Source: Patescibacteria group bacterium (GTDB taxonomy: Bacteria > Patescibacteriota > JABMPQ01 > JAHIRA01). Taken from it: DNA of 64,000 nt. The translations under genes were made by a program, and so were the position numbers. Below the pieces are notes generated by a model that did no database searches, had not been told where the DNA came from, and was given only the letters and a program-made list of their open reading frames with translations. Where the stretch lies: positions 7,343 to 71,342 of the forward strand of contig JAHISJ010000025.1 in the NCBI GenBank assembly GCA_018818205.1, in the 5' to 3' direction. Of the stretch, positions 1-8,574 are shown piece after piece. Positions within the stretch are counted from its first letter, which is position 1. Each line of letters opens with the position of its first letter.

Positions 1-634
1 GGAGCGCCTTTGCATGTCCCGCGCTAATCACCTCTTTTGAAAGTGCTTGTTTGATTTCATCCGGAAGAGAAAGAAGCCTCAGCGTATTTGCAACCGATGA
101 CCGTTTTTTGCCAACTCGCACACCTATTTCTTCTTGTGTTAAGTTAAACTGATTCATGAGCACTGTATACGCATGTGCTTCCTCAATAGGATTAAGATTG
201 TGACGTTGAACATTTTCTATCAGTGCAAGTTCAAGTTTCTCCTGTTCTGAGACAGCCCGAATAACTACCGGCACTGTCTTAAGTCCCACAAGTTTAGATG
301 CCTGAAGCCGCCGCTCACCTGCTATAAGCTGGTACGAGTTGTCTTCTTTTTTTGACACCACGAGCGGTTGCATAATACCATGCACTTTGATTGATCCGGC
401 AAGACTCCTCAGTTTATCATCGTTAAACTCTTTTCTGGGCTGGTGAGGATTTTTTTCAATTGCTGAAATATCGATTTCAACAATACTGCTTAGTGACCTA
501 TCGGGCTTTTTTGCAACCTCAGTGGACATACGTTCTTTTCTTTGAGGAATAAGGGTGGAGAGGCCTCGTCCTAGGCCAACCTTTTTTGACGCTGAAGCAT
601 TTTTGTTTTCTGGTTGATTTTGTGTTGAGTCCAT
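1..634 (-). CDS. parB: ParB/Spo0J chromosome partitioning protein (3' end runs off the window)
   Basis: Manual translation from ATG at 634: MDSTQNQPENKNASASKKVGLGRGLSTLIP...NPHQPRK...GIMQPLVV...YQLIAGERRLQAS...ALIENVQRHNLNPIEEA; directly downstream of parA. Confidence 0.93.
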   Translation of the reverse strand, partial: MDSTQNQPENKNASASKKVGLGRGLSTLIPQRKERMSTEVAKKPDRSLSSIVEIDISAIEKNPHQPRKEFNDDKLRSLAGSIKVHGIMQPLVVSKKEDNSYQLIAGERRLQASKLVGLKTVPVVIRAVSEQEKLELALIENVQRHNLNPIEEAHAYTVLMNQFNLTQEEIGVRVGKKRSSVANTLRLLSLPDEIKQALSKEVISAGHAKAL

Positions 635-636
635 GT

Positions 637-1407
637 TTATTTAGCGTTAGTGTTAATGACTTCATCTGCCAATTTTCTGTATGCCTTTGCCCCTTTTGAC
701 CACCCGGCAAGCGTTAGCACCGATTGACCAAAACTGGGTGCCTCGGCTAATCTAATATTCCTTGGGATGACTGTTTTGAATACAAAGTATGGAAAGTTGT
801 TACGCACTTCTGAAACTACATCTTCTGAAAGCCTAATACGCCTATAATACATGGTAAGTAATGCACCGAGTACCTTGAGGTCAGGATGAAGATTTTCTTT
901 AACGAGTTTAATGGTGTTTAAAAGCTGTGAGAGTCCTTCGAGCGCATAGTATTCACACTGAACGGGAATAATGATCTCGTCAGACGCAGTAAGTGCATTG
1001 AGCGTCAACAGATCAAGACTTGGCGGACAATCTATAATGATGTAGTCATAATCGTTTCGAATTTCAAGAAGCGCATTTTTAAGCAGAAACTCCCTGTCTT
1101 CCATATTAACCATCTCGATTTGACCTCCGGATAAATCTTGCTCAGCAGGAATAACGTGGAGACTTCCCTCAACATTTGTTTCATATATTAGGTTTGATGG
1201 TGCGGCCCCCTCAATGAGAGCATTATAGAGTGTACCCCTTTTTGGATCTGCTTCTATGCCAAGACCACTTCCCGCGTTTGCTTGTGGATCAAGGTCAACA
1301 AGCAACACAAACTTACCCTTTTCTGCAAGGGCACACGCAAGATTCACCGACGTTGTTGTTTTCCCGGTACCGCCTTTTTGATTGACGACTGCAATGACGC
1401 GCGCCAT
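637..1407 (-). CDS. parA: ParA/Soj ATPase
   Basis: Deviant Walker A NQKGGTGKTT, DLDPQAN, IIDCPPSL, IPRNIRLAEAPSFG. Confidence 0.96.
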   Translation of the reverse strand: MARVIAVVNQKGGTGKTTTSVNLACALAEKGKFVLLVDLDPQANAGSGLGIEADPKRGTLYNALIEGAAPSNLIYETNVEGSLHVIPAEQDLSGGQIEMVNMEDREFLLKNALLEIRNDYDYIIIDCPPSLDLLTLNALTASDEIIIPVQCEYYALEGLSQLLNTIKLVKENLHPDLKVLGALLTMYYRRIRLSEDVVSEVRNNFPYFVFKTVIPRNIRLAEAPSFGQSVLTLAGWSKGAKAYRKLADEVINTNAK

Positions 1408-1482
1408 GTAGTTCTCGTTTTTTTAAGCACAATCATTATATCTTTTTTGGTTTGGGAATGCAATTAGAAAGCCAACACAGAA

Positions 1483-1995
1483 TTAGCTTTTAATAAGTGC
1501 GCTAAGTGCTTCAATAGTCACCCGCTGTTTTCCTTTTTGATAAATCGTGTCATAGACAAATTCTTTTGCATCAGCCAAAGGAACCCATCTGTATTCATCA
1601 AACTCGGTTTGCGAAATATCGAGTTCTTTTGTATTCACTTCCGACTTACAAAATAGATACGCTTTCCCCTCCATGATTACTTCTTCACCTTCATCAGTAA
1701 CAAGACTTCTTGAACCATGTAGATGAGTCGGAAACTCGAGCACGTCTTGACCACTATACTGACACGGCCCTGCCTTTTTAACGAAGGTACTGTCCAGTTC
1801 CTCACTCATTTCTCTAACAAATGCATCTTCAAGTTCTTCTTTATTCTCTATACCTCCTTGGGGTAGTTGCCAGAGCTCATGCTTTTCTTTATACACAAAA
1901 AGAACTGATTTCTCATATAAAAAACAACCGACGACGACAGGGCGAAGGTTTTTCTTGCGAAGATTGTTTATTTCTTCTAGTGAAGGAGAGGGCAT
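1483..1995 (-). CDS. NUDIX hydrolase (RppH/ApaH-like box)
   Basis: WQLPQGGIENKEELEDAFVREMSEEL Nudix box; EFDEYRWV. Confidence 0.85.
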   Translation of the reverse strand: MPSPSLEEINNLRKKNLRPVVVGCFLYEKSVLFVYKEKHELWQLPQGGIENKEELEDAFVREMSEELDSTFVKKAGPCQYSGQDVLEFPTHLHGSRSLVTDEGEEVIMEGKAYLFCKSEVNTKELDISQTEFDEYRWVPLADAKEFVYDTIYQKGKQRVTIEALSALIKS

Positions 1996-2089
1996 AATTG
2001 CTTAATTTTCAATTTCTAAAGCTCAATTTTCAGGCATTCTCTTCAATGCCATACTGGCTTAACTTAAGAGTTATGAATTTAACCAAGGC

Positions 2090-3076
2090 TCAAGCATTAA
2101 GAGGTGGAATTCTTACCACGGTATGAACGCAGCTATTTGAATCTTGAACTTCTGAACCATACCCGCTCAGAGAAGACTGTCGAAAAAGACGGCTCCAGCC
2201 CACATTGCCCACATTGCCGGAAGCAGAACTATATGAACCAATAAGCAGATTATCGCTTCCATTTCCTTGCGCGTCATCAATTACTTGGTTGGTTTTTTTG
2301 AGATGGGTTAGAAAGAGAGTGAACCAGTCTTCGGGAGTTTGACCGTGTTCGCTTTGGTATTCTTCTTGCGTTTGGAGGATTTTGAGATATTCTTCTGAAG
2401 ATTTACCTATGTCAAATTGTCTTCTATTCTCTTGCATTTGTCTTTTTCGATCTTCTCGAAGATTAACATCTTTTTCTCTGAAATAAACGTTAAAGCCAGG
2501 AAATGGAGTTTCTCTTGATGCATCAAGCAGCTCTTGTTTGGTGAATCCTTGATGATTTTCTGAGAACTCTTTGGGATAATAAGCGAGTGTTCCATTGGTA
2601 TCTGCATCTTTGAACTCTTCCCACACAAAGAGTGGCTCATCTTCATTAAGCTCAAGCGGTTCTAGCGGCTCTGACTCATCTTCTTGATTCTTCATAGTAC
2701 CAAAAAGTTTTTCTTCTTTGTGATGTTTGAGAATGGTTTCTTTGGTTGTGTGAATAAGTCTCTCAAGCGGCAGCGCAAACGGAGTAATCTCGAGCTCAGT
2801 GAAGCCTTGCTTCATCTTGGTTTCAAAGACTTCTCTATTTGTAAGTATTTCTTCTTTAATCTGTTCCTCGCTTGGTAACGGATACTCTTTACCGTCAATA
2901 CCTACGATTCCTATCTCTCCACATTCAGGGAGGATTTCTAAGAGACCCAGTTCGTTTAGGATCTTTGCTTTTTCTTCGTATTGTTTGGGGAGTTCAGAAG
3001 AGAGCCACTTTTCTAGGTTAGAGGGGGTTTCTTGTTCTTGGGGTGGGATGAAGGAGGGGGTTTCTGAATGTGCCAT
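2090..3076 (-). CDS. Hypothetical protein with C-terminal region resembling C-type-lectin-fold DGR variable proteins
   Basis: ORF of about 328 aa from ATG 3076; C-terminus GQTPEDW...LLIGSY..SGNV..VGW......SLSG......DSNSCVHTVVRI matches the usual shape of such proteins (recognition only). Confidence 0.5.
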   Translation of the reverse strand: MAHSETPSFIPPQEQETPSNLEKWLSSELPKQYEEKAKILNELGLLEILPECGEIGIVGIDGKEYPLPSEEQIKEEILTNREVFETKMKQGFTELEITPFALPLERLIHTTKETILKHHKEEKLFGTMKNQEDESEPLEPLELNEDEPLFVWEEFKDADTNGTLAYYPKEFSENHQGFTKQELLDASRETPFPGFNVYFREKDVNLREDRKRQMQENRRQFDIGKSSEEYLKILQTQEEYQSEHGQTPEDWFTLFLTHLKKTNQVIDDAQGNGSDNLLIGSYSSASGNVGNVGWSRLFRQSSLSGYGSEVQDSNSCVHTVVRIPPLNA

Positions 3077-3201
3077 TTTCAATTACGAGTTATATTACTG
3101 AAAGAAAGTAAATAAACTTCATCTTCAAAACATGCTTAAGGTAAGACTTTTATGGAAATTGTTAATTCTTCAAAAACCTGTCATATAAAGGAAGTGGTGC
3201 T

Positions 3202-3308
3202 GTCATCCCGGACAGTCTTTCCGAAGACTGAGCCGGGATCTCCATGCTTACAGGTTAAGCTACGAGATCCCCGGAGGCTTTGCGAAGGGATATACGCAAA
3301 CTGGAATG
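3202..3308. repeat. REP/BIME-like composite palindrome (GTCATCCCGG...CCGGGATCTC...GAGATCCC...GGAATG type)
   Basis: Nested inverted repeats: ATCCCGG/CCGGGAT, CAGTCTT/AAGACTG, GGGATCTC/GAGATCCC, GCTTA/TAAGC, TTTGCG/CGCAAA. Confidence 0.6.
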
Positions 3309-3324
3309 TTGTTTAGGAACTTAA

Positions 3325-3437
3325 GGGGTCCCCATTAAATTCTGATTTCATGGGGAAGAGGAGGAACAATATGGAGGGTGGAGTCAATTCCGTAGCGTAG
3401 CGGAGGGATTGACGTAACCCGGAATATTGTTCCGACG
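3325..3437 (-). repeat. tRNA-3'-abutting structured element, copy 1
   Basis: Begins at the base after the tRNA-Leu discriminator; same architecture as 48527-48640 with covarying stems. Confidence 0.8.
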
Positions 3438-3522
3438 TGCCGAAGATGAGACTTGAACTCACATGACCTAAAAGGTCACACGGCCCTGAACCGTGCGCGT
3501 CTACCAATTCCGCCACTTCGGC
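3438..3522 (-). tRNA. tRNA-Leu(CAG), CCA not encoded
   Basis: Reverse complement GCCGAAGTGGCGGAATTGGTAGACGCGCACGGTTCAGGGCCGTGTGACCTTTTAGGTCATGTGAGTTCAAGTCTCATCTTCGGCA; acceptor stem GCCGAAG/CTTCGGC, anticodon loop TTCAGGG, long variable arm. Confidence 0.97.
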
Positions 3523-3553
3523 TTCGTATCAGATAATACGATCTATCATTATA

Positions 3554-4786
3554 CTAATAGTACTGATAATTTTTCATGAATGCTGCAACTTCCTTGCCAA
3601 TCTTTCTTAACTTTGATTCTCTATTATGATTATTAAGCACCTCTGAAATCCACTTTACAATTAGTTTCATCTCAGCTTCCTTCATGCCAATTGTCGTCAC
3701 CGCAGGCGACCCCAGACGTATCCCTGAAGGGTCCATTGGCGGTCTTTCATCAAATGGAATCGTATTGTAATTCACAATGATTCCTGCTTTTTCTAAAGCA
3801 ATGGCTGCTTCTTTTCCGGTAATATCACGTGTGGAAACATCAGCAAGAACTAGATGATTGTCGGTTCCTCCAGTTGCGAGTGTAAATCCTTTCTTTGTGA
3901 GTCCTTCTGCAAGTGTCTTTGCATTCTTGATTATCTGCTCGGCATATTTTCTAAAATCAGCTCTAGACGCCTCTTTAAGTGCTACACCAATTGCCGCGGT
4001 TGTATTGTTATGGGGACCACCTTGAAGACCCGGGAACACGGCTTTATCTATACTCTTTGCATACATTTTCTTTGAAAGAATGAGCGCTCCTCTTGGTCCT
4101 CTAAGCGTTTTATGTGTTGTAGCAACAACAGTGTCAGCAAGACCAGCCGGAGAAGGATGAACGCCTGCAGCAACGAGTCCTGCAATATGCGAAATATCAG
4201 CATGCAAAAAAGCACCAACTTCTTTGGCAATTTTTTGAAAGCTAGAAAAACTAACCTTTCTAGGATACGCGGTAAAGCCGGCAATAATCAATTTTGGTTT
4301 CTCTTTTTTTGCAATCGCTCTGATTTCATCAAAATCAAGTCTGCCCGTTTCTTTTGAAACAGTATAGGGGACAACCTTAAAAAGTTTACCGGTATAGCTA
4401 ACCGACGAGCCATGCGTTAAATGTCCGCCTGACGTAAGTGTCATACCCATAATGGTATCACCTGGTTTTAAAAGCGCGAGATAACAGGCTAGATTTGCCG
4501 GTGATCCTGAATACGGCTGAACGTTTGCATGAGGCATCTCAAACAATCTCTCAGCACGACTCTTTGAAAGCTCTTCTATCTCATCTATTATGCTTTGCCC
4601 CTGATAATACCTCCTCTTTGCATATCCTTCAGAATACTTGTTTGTTAGCACTGATCCAACAGCCTCAAGTACCGCTTGAGAAACATAATTCTCTGAGGGA
4701 ATAAGCCTTATGGTTGTTAGCTGTCTTCTCTTTTCTTGCTCAATCAAATTGTATATTTTTCTGTCGTTTTTTTGTAGGTAGCTCAT
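3554..4786 (-). CDS. glyA: Serine hydroxymethyltransferase
   Basis: LIPSEN, NKYSEGY, NVQPYSGSPAN, GGHLTHG, TTHKTLRGPRG, GGTDNHL. Confidence 0.98.
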   Translation of the reverse strand: MSYLQKNDRKIYNLIEQEKRRQLTTIRLIPSENYVSQAVLEAVGSVLTNKYSEGYAKRRYYQGQSIIDEIEELSKSRAERLFEMPHANVQPYSGSPANLACYLALLKPGDTIMGMTLTSGGHLTHGSSVSYTGKLFKVVPYTVSKETGRLDFDEIRAIAKKEKPKLIIAGFTAYPRKVSFSSFQKIAKEVGAFLHADISHIAGLVAAGVHPSPAGLADTVVATTHKTLRGPRGALILSKKMYAKSIDKAVFPGLQGGPHNNTTAAIGVALKEASRADFRKYAEQIIKNAKTLAEGLTKKGFTLATGGTDNHLVLADVSTRDITGKEAAIALEKAGIIVNYNTIPFDERPPMDPSGIRLGSPAVTTIGMKEAEMKLIVKWISEVLNNHNRESKLRKIGKEVAAFMKNYQYY

Positions 4787-4867
4787 AGTCAAACCCTTTC
4801 TAAAATTATCTGCTTGTCATCTAGTAAAATCATATTATACTCACTCTATTTTTGTTTTGTCAGTATG

Positions 4868-5473
4868 TCATTCGTCTAACGTTTGTTTTATATGCCCAAA
4901 AGGAATTTCTCCTTCTCGTGTCAATTGAATACTTTCTCCTGAAAGATCAATAATTGTTGATGGTTTCCTTTTTTGAAGCGTGCCTCCAAGGAAAAGCGCA
5001 TCAGGAGTATTATCCCTTCTTTTATATGTTCTCACAACTTCCAAGTCACTGTAAAGATCGTTTTCTCCTCTTACATTAGCTGATGTTGCAGATAAGGGAA
5101 AAGTGATTTTTTCAAACAAATCTTTAACTTCTTTTTTTGATGAAACACGTATTGCGTTTGTATTTTTGTACGTTACCCCATGGATTGTTTTTTTTGCGGG
5201 AAGAATTATTGTCACAGGACCAGGGTAGAACTCATTGAACACTTTTTTTGTTCTTTCATCTACTTCACATAATTCCTCTGCCATTTTTACATCTTTGATG
5301 AGAAGAGACAAAGGACTCTCCTTACCTCTTCCTTTTATTGTATACACTGCATCTATCGCTTTTTCATTATATGCATTACACAAAAGCCCATACGACGTCT
5401 CGGTAGGAAATGCAACAACGCCGCCTTTTTTTAACACAGAAGCTACATCGGATAGTAAACGAAGTTCTTTCAT
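4868..5473 (-). CDS. tsaC: Threonylcarbamoyl-AMP synthase (Sua5/YrdC)
   Basis: VAFPTETSYGL, KGR, PGPVT, SATSAN, PSTIID. Confidence 0.93.
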   Translation of the reverse strand: MKELRLLSDVASVLKKGGVVAFPTETSYGLLCNAYNEKAIDAVYTIKGRGKESPLSLLIKDVKMAEELCEVDERTKKVFNEFYPGPVTIILPAKKTIHGVTYKNTNAIRVSSKKEVKDLFEKITFPLSATSANVRGENDLYSDLEVVRTYKRRDNTPDALFLGGTLQKRKPSTIIDLSGESIQLTREGEIPFGHIKQTLDE

Positions 5474-6180
5474 TAGTTTTTTAGAAACGCTTCAACAATA
5501 GATATGTCTTCCGGAGAACCAAAATCATACCAATATTTTTGAATCATGTGCACTTTTACACGCCTTTTTTCTGCAAGAATTTTAAGCGCGTCAACAAGCT
5601 CATATTCTCCCCTTTCTGACTTGGAAACATCACCCAAAACAGAAAACACCTCAGTAGTAAATTTGTATAGACCCACATTAATAATGTCTGACACAAACTC
5701 TTTGGGCTTTTCAACAATGTCTTCCAAGAAAGAATTTTGACATTTGAGTACACCATACTGAGACGGGCTTTTGTGTTTCATCCCGGAAACATACGTATAG
5801 TCGTCATTGTATGAAGCTAGTGCACTGAGATCTTGCGGAGAATAGAGATTGTCACCGTTAACCCACACACATGCATCTGAAATGTATTCCTTCGCTGCCT
5901 TTAGTGGCCCCAGAGTTCCGTAATACTCAGTGCCAACTTTCTCAAACTGATGTACCGTTTGGATTTTTGGATCGTACTCTTTTAAATACGTCTCAAGGTT
6001 TTCCGCCTTATATCCTGTTACTACAATGATATTCTCAAAACCCGCTTCTTTTATGTTTTGAAGTAAATAAAAAATAAACGGTTTTTCAAGAACCTTTATA
6101 AGTGGTTTAGGGATATCTTTAGTGAGTTCCCCCATGCGTGTTCCCTTCCCTGCCGCTGCAACAATAATTGTTTTTGTCAT
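5473..6180 (-). CDS. Sugar-1-phosphate nucleotidyltransferase (archaeal GlmU/RmlA-like N-terminal domain only)
   Basis: AAGKGTRM, PKPL, NGD, IVEKP, NVGLY, SERGEYEL, WYDFG; no hexapeptide-repeat acetyltransferase domain. Confidence 0.9.
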   Translation of the reverse strand: MTKTIIVAAAGKGTRMGELTKDIPKPLIKVLEKPFIFYLLQNIKEAGFENIIVVTGYKAENLETYLKEYDPKIQTVHQFEKVGTEYYGTLGPLKAAKEYISDACVWVNGDNLYSPQDLSALASYNDDYTYVSGMKHKSPSQYGVLKCQNSFLEDIVEKPKEFVSDIINVGLYKFTTEVFSVLGDVSKSERGEYELVDALKILAEKRRVKVHMIQKYWYDFGSPEDISIVEAFLKN

Positions 6181-6194
6181 GCGCAAAGTCTTTA

Positions 6195-6704
6195 TTATTC
6201 GTCTTTATCAAACCGTCTAAAGAGCAACGCTTCATCCTCTCCGTAAAAATAGTCTTTTATGACAACTTCCTCTTTAGCTCCTATGTTTTTTTCATAAAAT
6301 GCTTTTGCCTTATTCGTCGTTGCCGTACTAATCTTAACGAGACGTATTTTGACTTCTAAATCCTCTTTTGAGAAGCGCTTAATATCTTCAAAAGAATCAA
6401 TGAGTAAGAGTTTACCAAGCCCCTTTCCCCGTGCATCAGAATGCACACCGATTTGATCAAGTTCTATAACGCCTGATCTAAACCCACCTATATACATCCA
6501 GCTTGCATAGCCTAAAATCTTCCCCTCTTCCTCAGCAACAAAATACTGAATACGCGGATACGCTTTATAGTTTGCCATAATCCATTCCGCTGCTTCATCA
6601 CGATCTTTAAAATCATTAGGGAAAGCGTTTACCCCAATGGTGATAATATCACTCAAATCCATCTCTTCTGCCGGCCTTACTACAATTGTTTTTTTCTCGT
6701 CCAT
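6195..6704 (-). CDS. GNAT family N-acetyltransferase
   Basis: IGVHSDARGKGLGKLL acetyl-CoA motif A; N..AKAFYEK. Confidence 0.9.
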   Translation of the reverse strand: MDEKKTIVVRPAEEMDLSDIITIGVNAFPNDFKDRDEAAEWIMANYKAYPRIQYFVAEEEGKILGYASWMYIGGFRSGVIELDQIGVHSDARGKGLGKLLLIDSFEDIKRFSKEDLEVKIRLVKISTATTNKAKAFYEKNIGAKEEVVIKDYFYGEDEALLFRRFDKDE

Positions 6705-6713
6705 ATTTTTTAT

Positions 6714-7727
6714 TTATATTTCTTCGATTGTAAGCCCTTTGTAGTCAAACCTATAATCAAGAATACGCGCGCCATTTTTCTTGAGCACTTCCTTTAACTC
6801 GTCCGGATCATCCTTCGCAAGCACGACCATACACCCACCACCACCTGCCCCACATACGCGAGCAGCACGCGCGCCGTGCTCTTTTGAGACCGTAATGAGC
6901 GACTCGATTTGATCCGTTGTTACTCCCGGGGACAGTCTTTTTCTGTTCTCCCAATCCTCGTTTAACACGTCAGCAAACCTATCTATATCTTCTGCAAGCA
7001 ATGCTTTTCTCATCTTTTCTGCTGTCTGTCTAATATTTTGCATTGTTTGTATCACTTCTTTATTACCATCTATATGGTCCTTAAAAATCTGCCAATTGTT
7101 TGTGCCAGAAAAATGAGGCTCGCCGGTATAGACAAGTATTAGTTTTTCTTGCAGCTCATCCAAAAATTCTTTCTTAAGACTGGGCTCTTCTCTCTTGTTG
7201 CCACGGACGGTAAGCCATAAAAAAGTGAGGCTTCCGTAGAGAGCAGGGTAATAATCTTGAAATCCGGTCGGCACCTTTATGAGCTGCGTTTCTATGCTCT
7301 TTGCAATAGTTAGCATTTCTGGCTTACTTAATCCTCTTTTTGTGTGGTGGTTAAGCGCACCAACCAGTGCAATCATAAGTGCGCTTGAACCGGCAAGGCC
7401 CGATCCTTTTGGAAGATGAATATCGGTTGTTACTCTGAGTGCTTTTTTTGGTTCAAAGTAACCGACTGTTCGGGTAAGTAACTCAAGTGTGCCTTTAGGT
7501 TTATTTTTCATTTCTTCAATCGATCCATACTGCTCCCTACTATCAAGATCTTTCGAGTAAAATTCAAAGTCTCCACCTTCTCCCTCTACTTCTTCTAAAG
7601 TTACCTCAGCGTAGAGATCGATTGCGATATTTATTGTCAGTCCAAATTCATGAAACAAAAAGAGTGGAGGCATGTCGAGCGTGCCACCGGCAAGATCAAT
7701 TCTGGTTGGTGCGAGTGCTTTAATCAT
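6714..7727 (-). CDS. GHMP-family sugar kinase, HddA/fucokinase-like
   Basis: APTRIDLAGGTLD, PKGSGLAGSSA, TGFQDYY, CGAGGGG; likely start at ATG 7727. Confidence 0.9.
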   Translation of the reverse strand: MIKALAPTRIDLAGGTLDMPPLFLFHEFGLTINIAIDLYAEVTLEEVEGEGGDFEFYSKDLDSREQYGSIEEMKNKPKGTLELLTRTVGYFEPKKALRVTTDIHLPKGSGLAGSSALMIALVGALNHHTKRGLSKPEMLTIAKSIETQLIKVPTGFQDYYPALYGSLTFLWLTVRGNKREEPSLKKEFLDELQEKLILVYTGEPHFSGTNNWQIFKDHIDGNKEVIQTMQNIRQTAEKMRKALLAEDIDRFADVLNEDWENRKRLSPGVTTDQIESLITVSKEHGARAARVCGAGGGGCMVVLAKDDPDELKEVLKKNGARILDYRFDYKGLTIEEI

Positions 7728-8574
7728 GTTTAAGAAAATCAAAATTTAGTTTTCCGTTGGTTGCGACTAATCGGGGAAGTGATTTATTTTTGCCAAGATT
7801 ATGTATGGTGCCGCCGGCCTCTGTAAGTATGACAATAGCAGGCGCGACATCGTAAATCCTTGTTGATCCTGAAAAATCAATATATGCATCATACTGACCA
7901 CGCGCAACCTGACAAATACTCCATGACCCTAAATGCAAACTTAGGTAGTTTTTTACTTTTTTTTGGACTTCTTCAAGGTCTTTTTGCATTTTTTTTGAAA
8001 ACTCCTCAAAATCTGTTTGCCCTGCGAACTTTTTTTCTGGTTCTTCAACTATTACTGACGCTTTACTTACTTCTGTGCAGGAAGAAGCTTGGATTCTATC
8101 ATTATTTAGAAAAGCACCGCTATCAACAACCGAGTAATATTGATTATCTTTCAAAACTTCATATACAACACCGCCGACCATGCCAAAATTACCTGAGCAG
8201 TCTCTTAGTTGCAAGCCAAGATTTACTGTAAATGCTTCACCTTTTTTCTCCTTGTAATAGCGTGTACCATCAAGAGGATCAACATGCCAAATATAATTGT
8301 TTCCTTTTATATTTCTCCATCCACTTATACTTCCAGCTTCTTCTGATGCAATCGAATCATTAGGAAAATTCTTTTTTATACCACGTATTATTATTTCCTC
8401 TGAAGCATGATCAGCGTTTGTCACCTCATCAGCTGAAACTTCTTTTTGGTAAACTTCAAGATGGGTGTTATAAAGTTCTTTTAATTTCTCTCCCGCCTCA
8501 TATGCTAGATCTCTTGCAACTTCAATTCGCTTGCTAATTTCTTCGTGTGTTGTAGCATCAGTATCCATAAGCAT
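7720..8574 (-). CDS. Inositol monophosphatase-family phosphatase
   Basis: VTNADHASE, SEE, WHVDPLDGT, VARGQYDAY, YDVAPA..ILTEAGG. Confidence 0.92.
   Translation of the reverse strand: MLMDTDATTHEEISKRIEVARDLAYEAGEKLKELYNTHLEVYQKEVSADEVTNADHASEEIIIRGIKKNFPNDSIASEEAGSISGWRNIKGNNYIWHVDPLDGTRYYKEKKGEAFTVNLGLQLRDCSGNFGMVGGVVYEVLKDNQYYSVVDSGAFLNNDRIQASSCTEVSKASVIVEEPEKKFAGQTDFEEFSKKMQKDLEEVQKKVKNYLSLHLGSWSICQVARGQYDAYIDFSGSTRIYDVAPAIVILTEAGGTIHNLGKNKSLPRLVATNGKLNFDFLKHD

Noticed and set aside
2006-2020. 15-mer TTTTCAATTTCTAAA also present at 47427-47441
   Set aside because: Low-complexity AT-rich match; it may be a remnant of heptamer repeats, but two copies are not enough to support a call
3313-3516. 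67-aa ORF MAELVDAHGSGP...
   Set aside because: It is the translation of tRNA-Leu and its trailer
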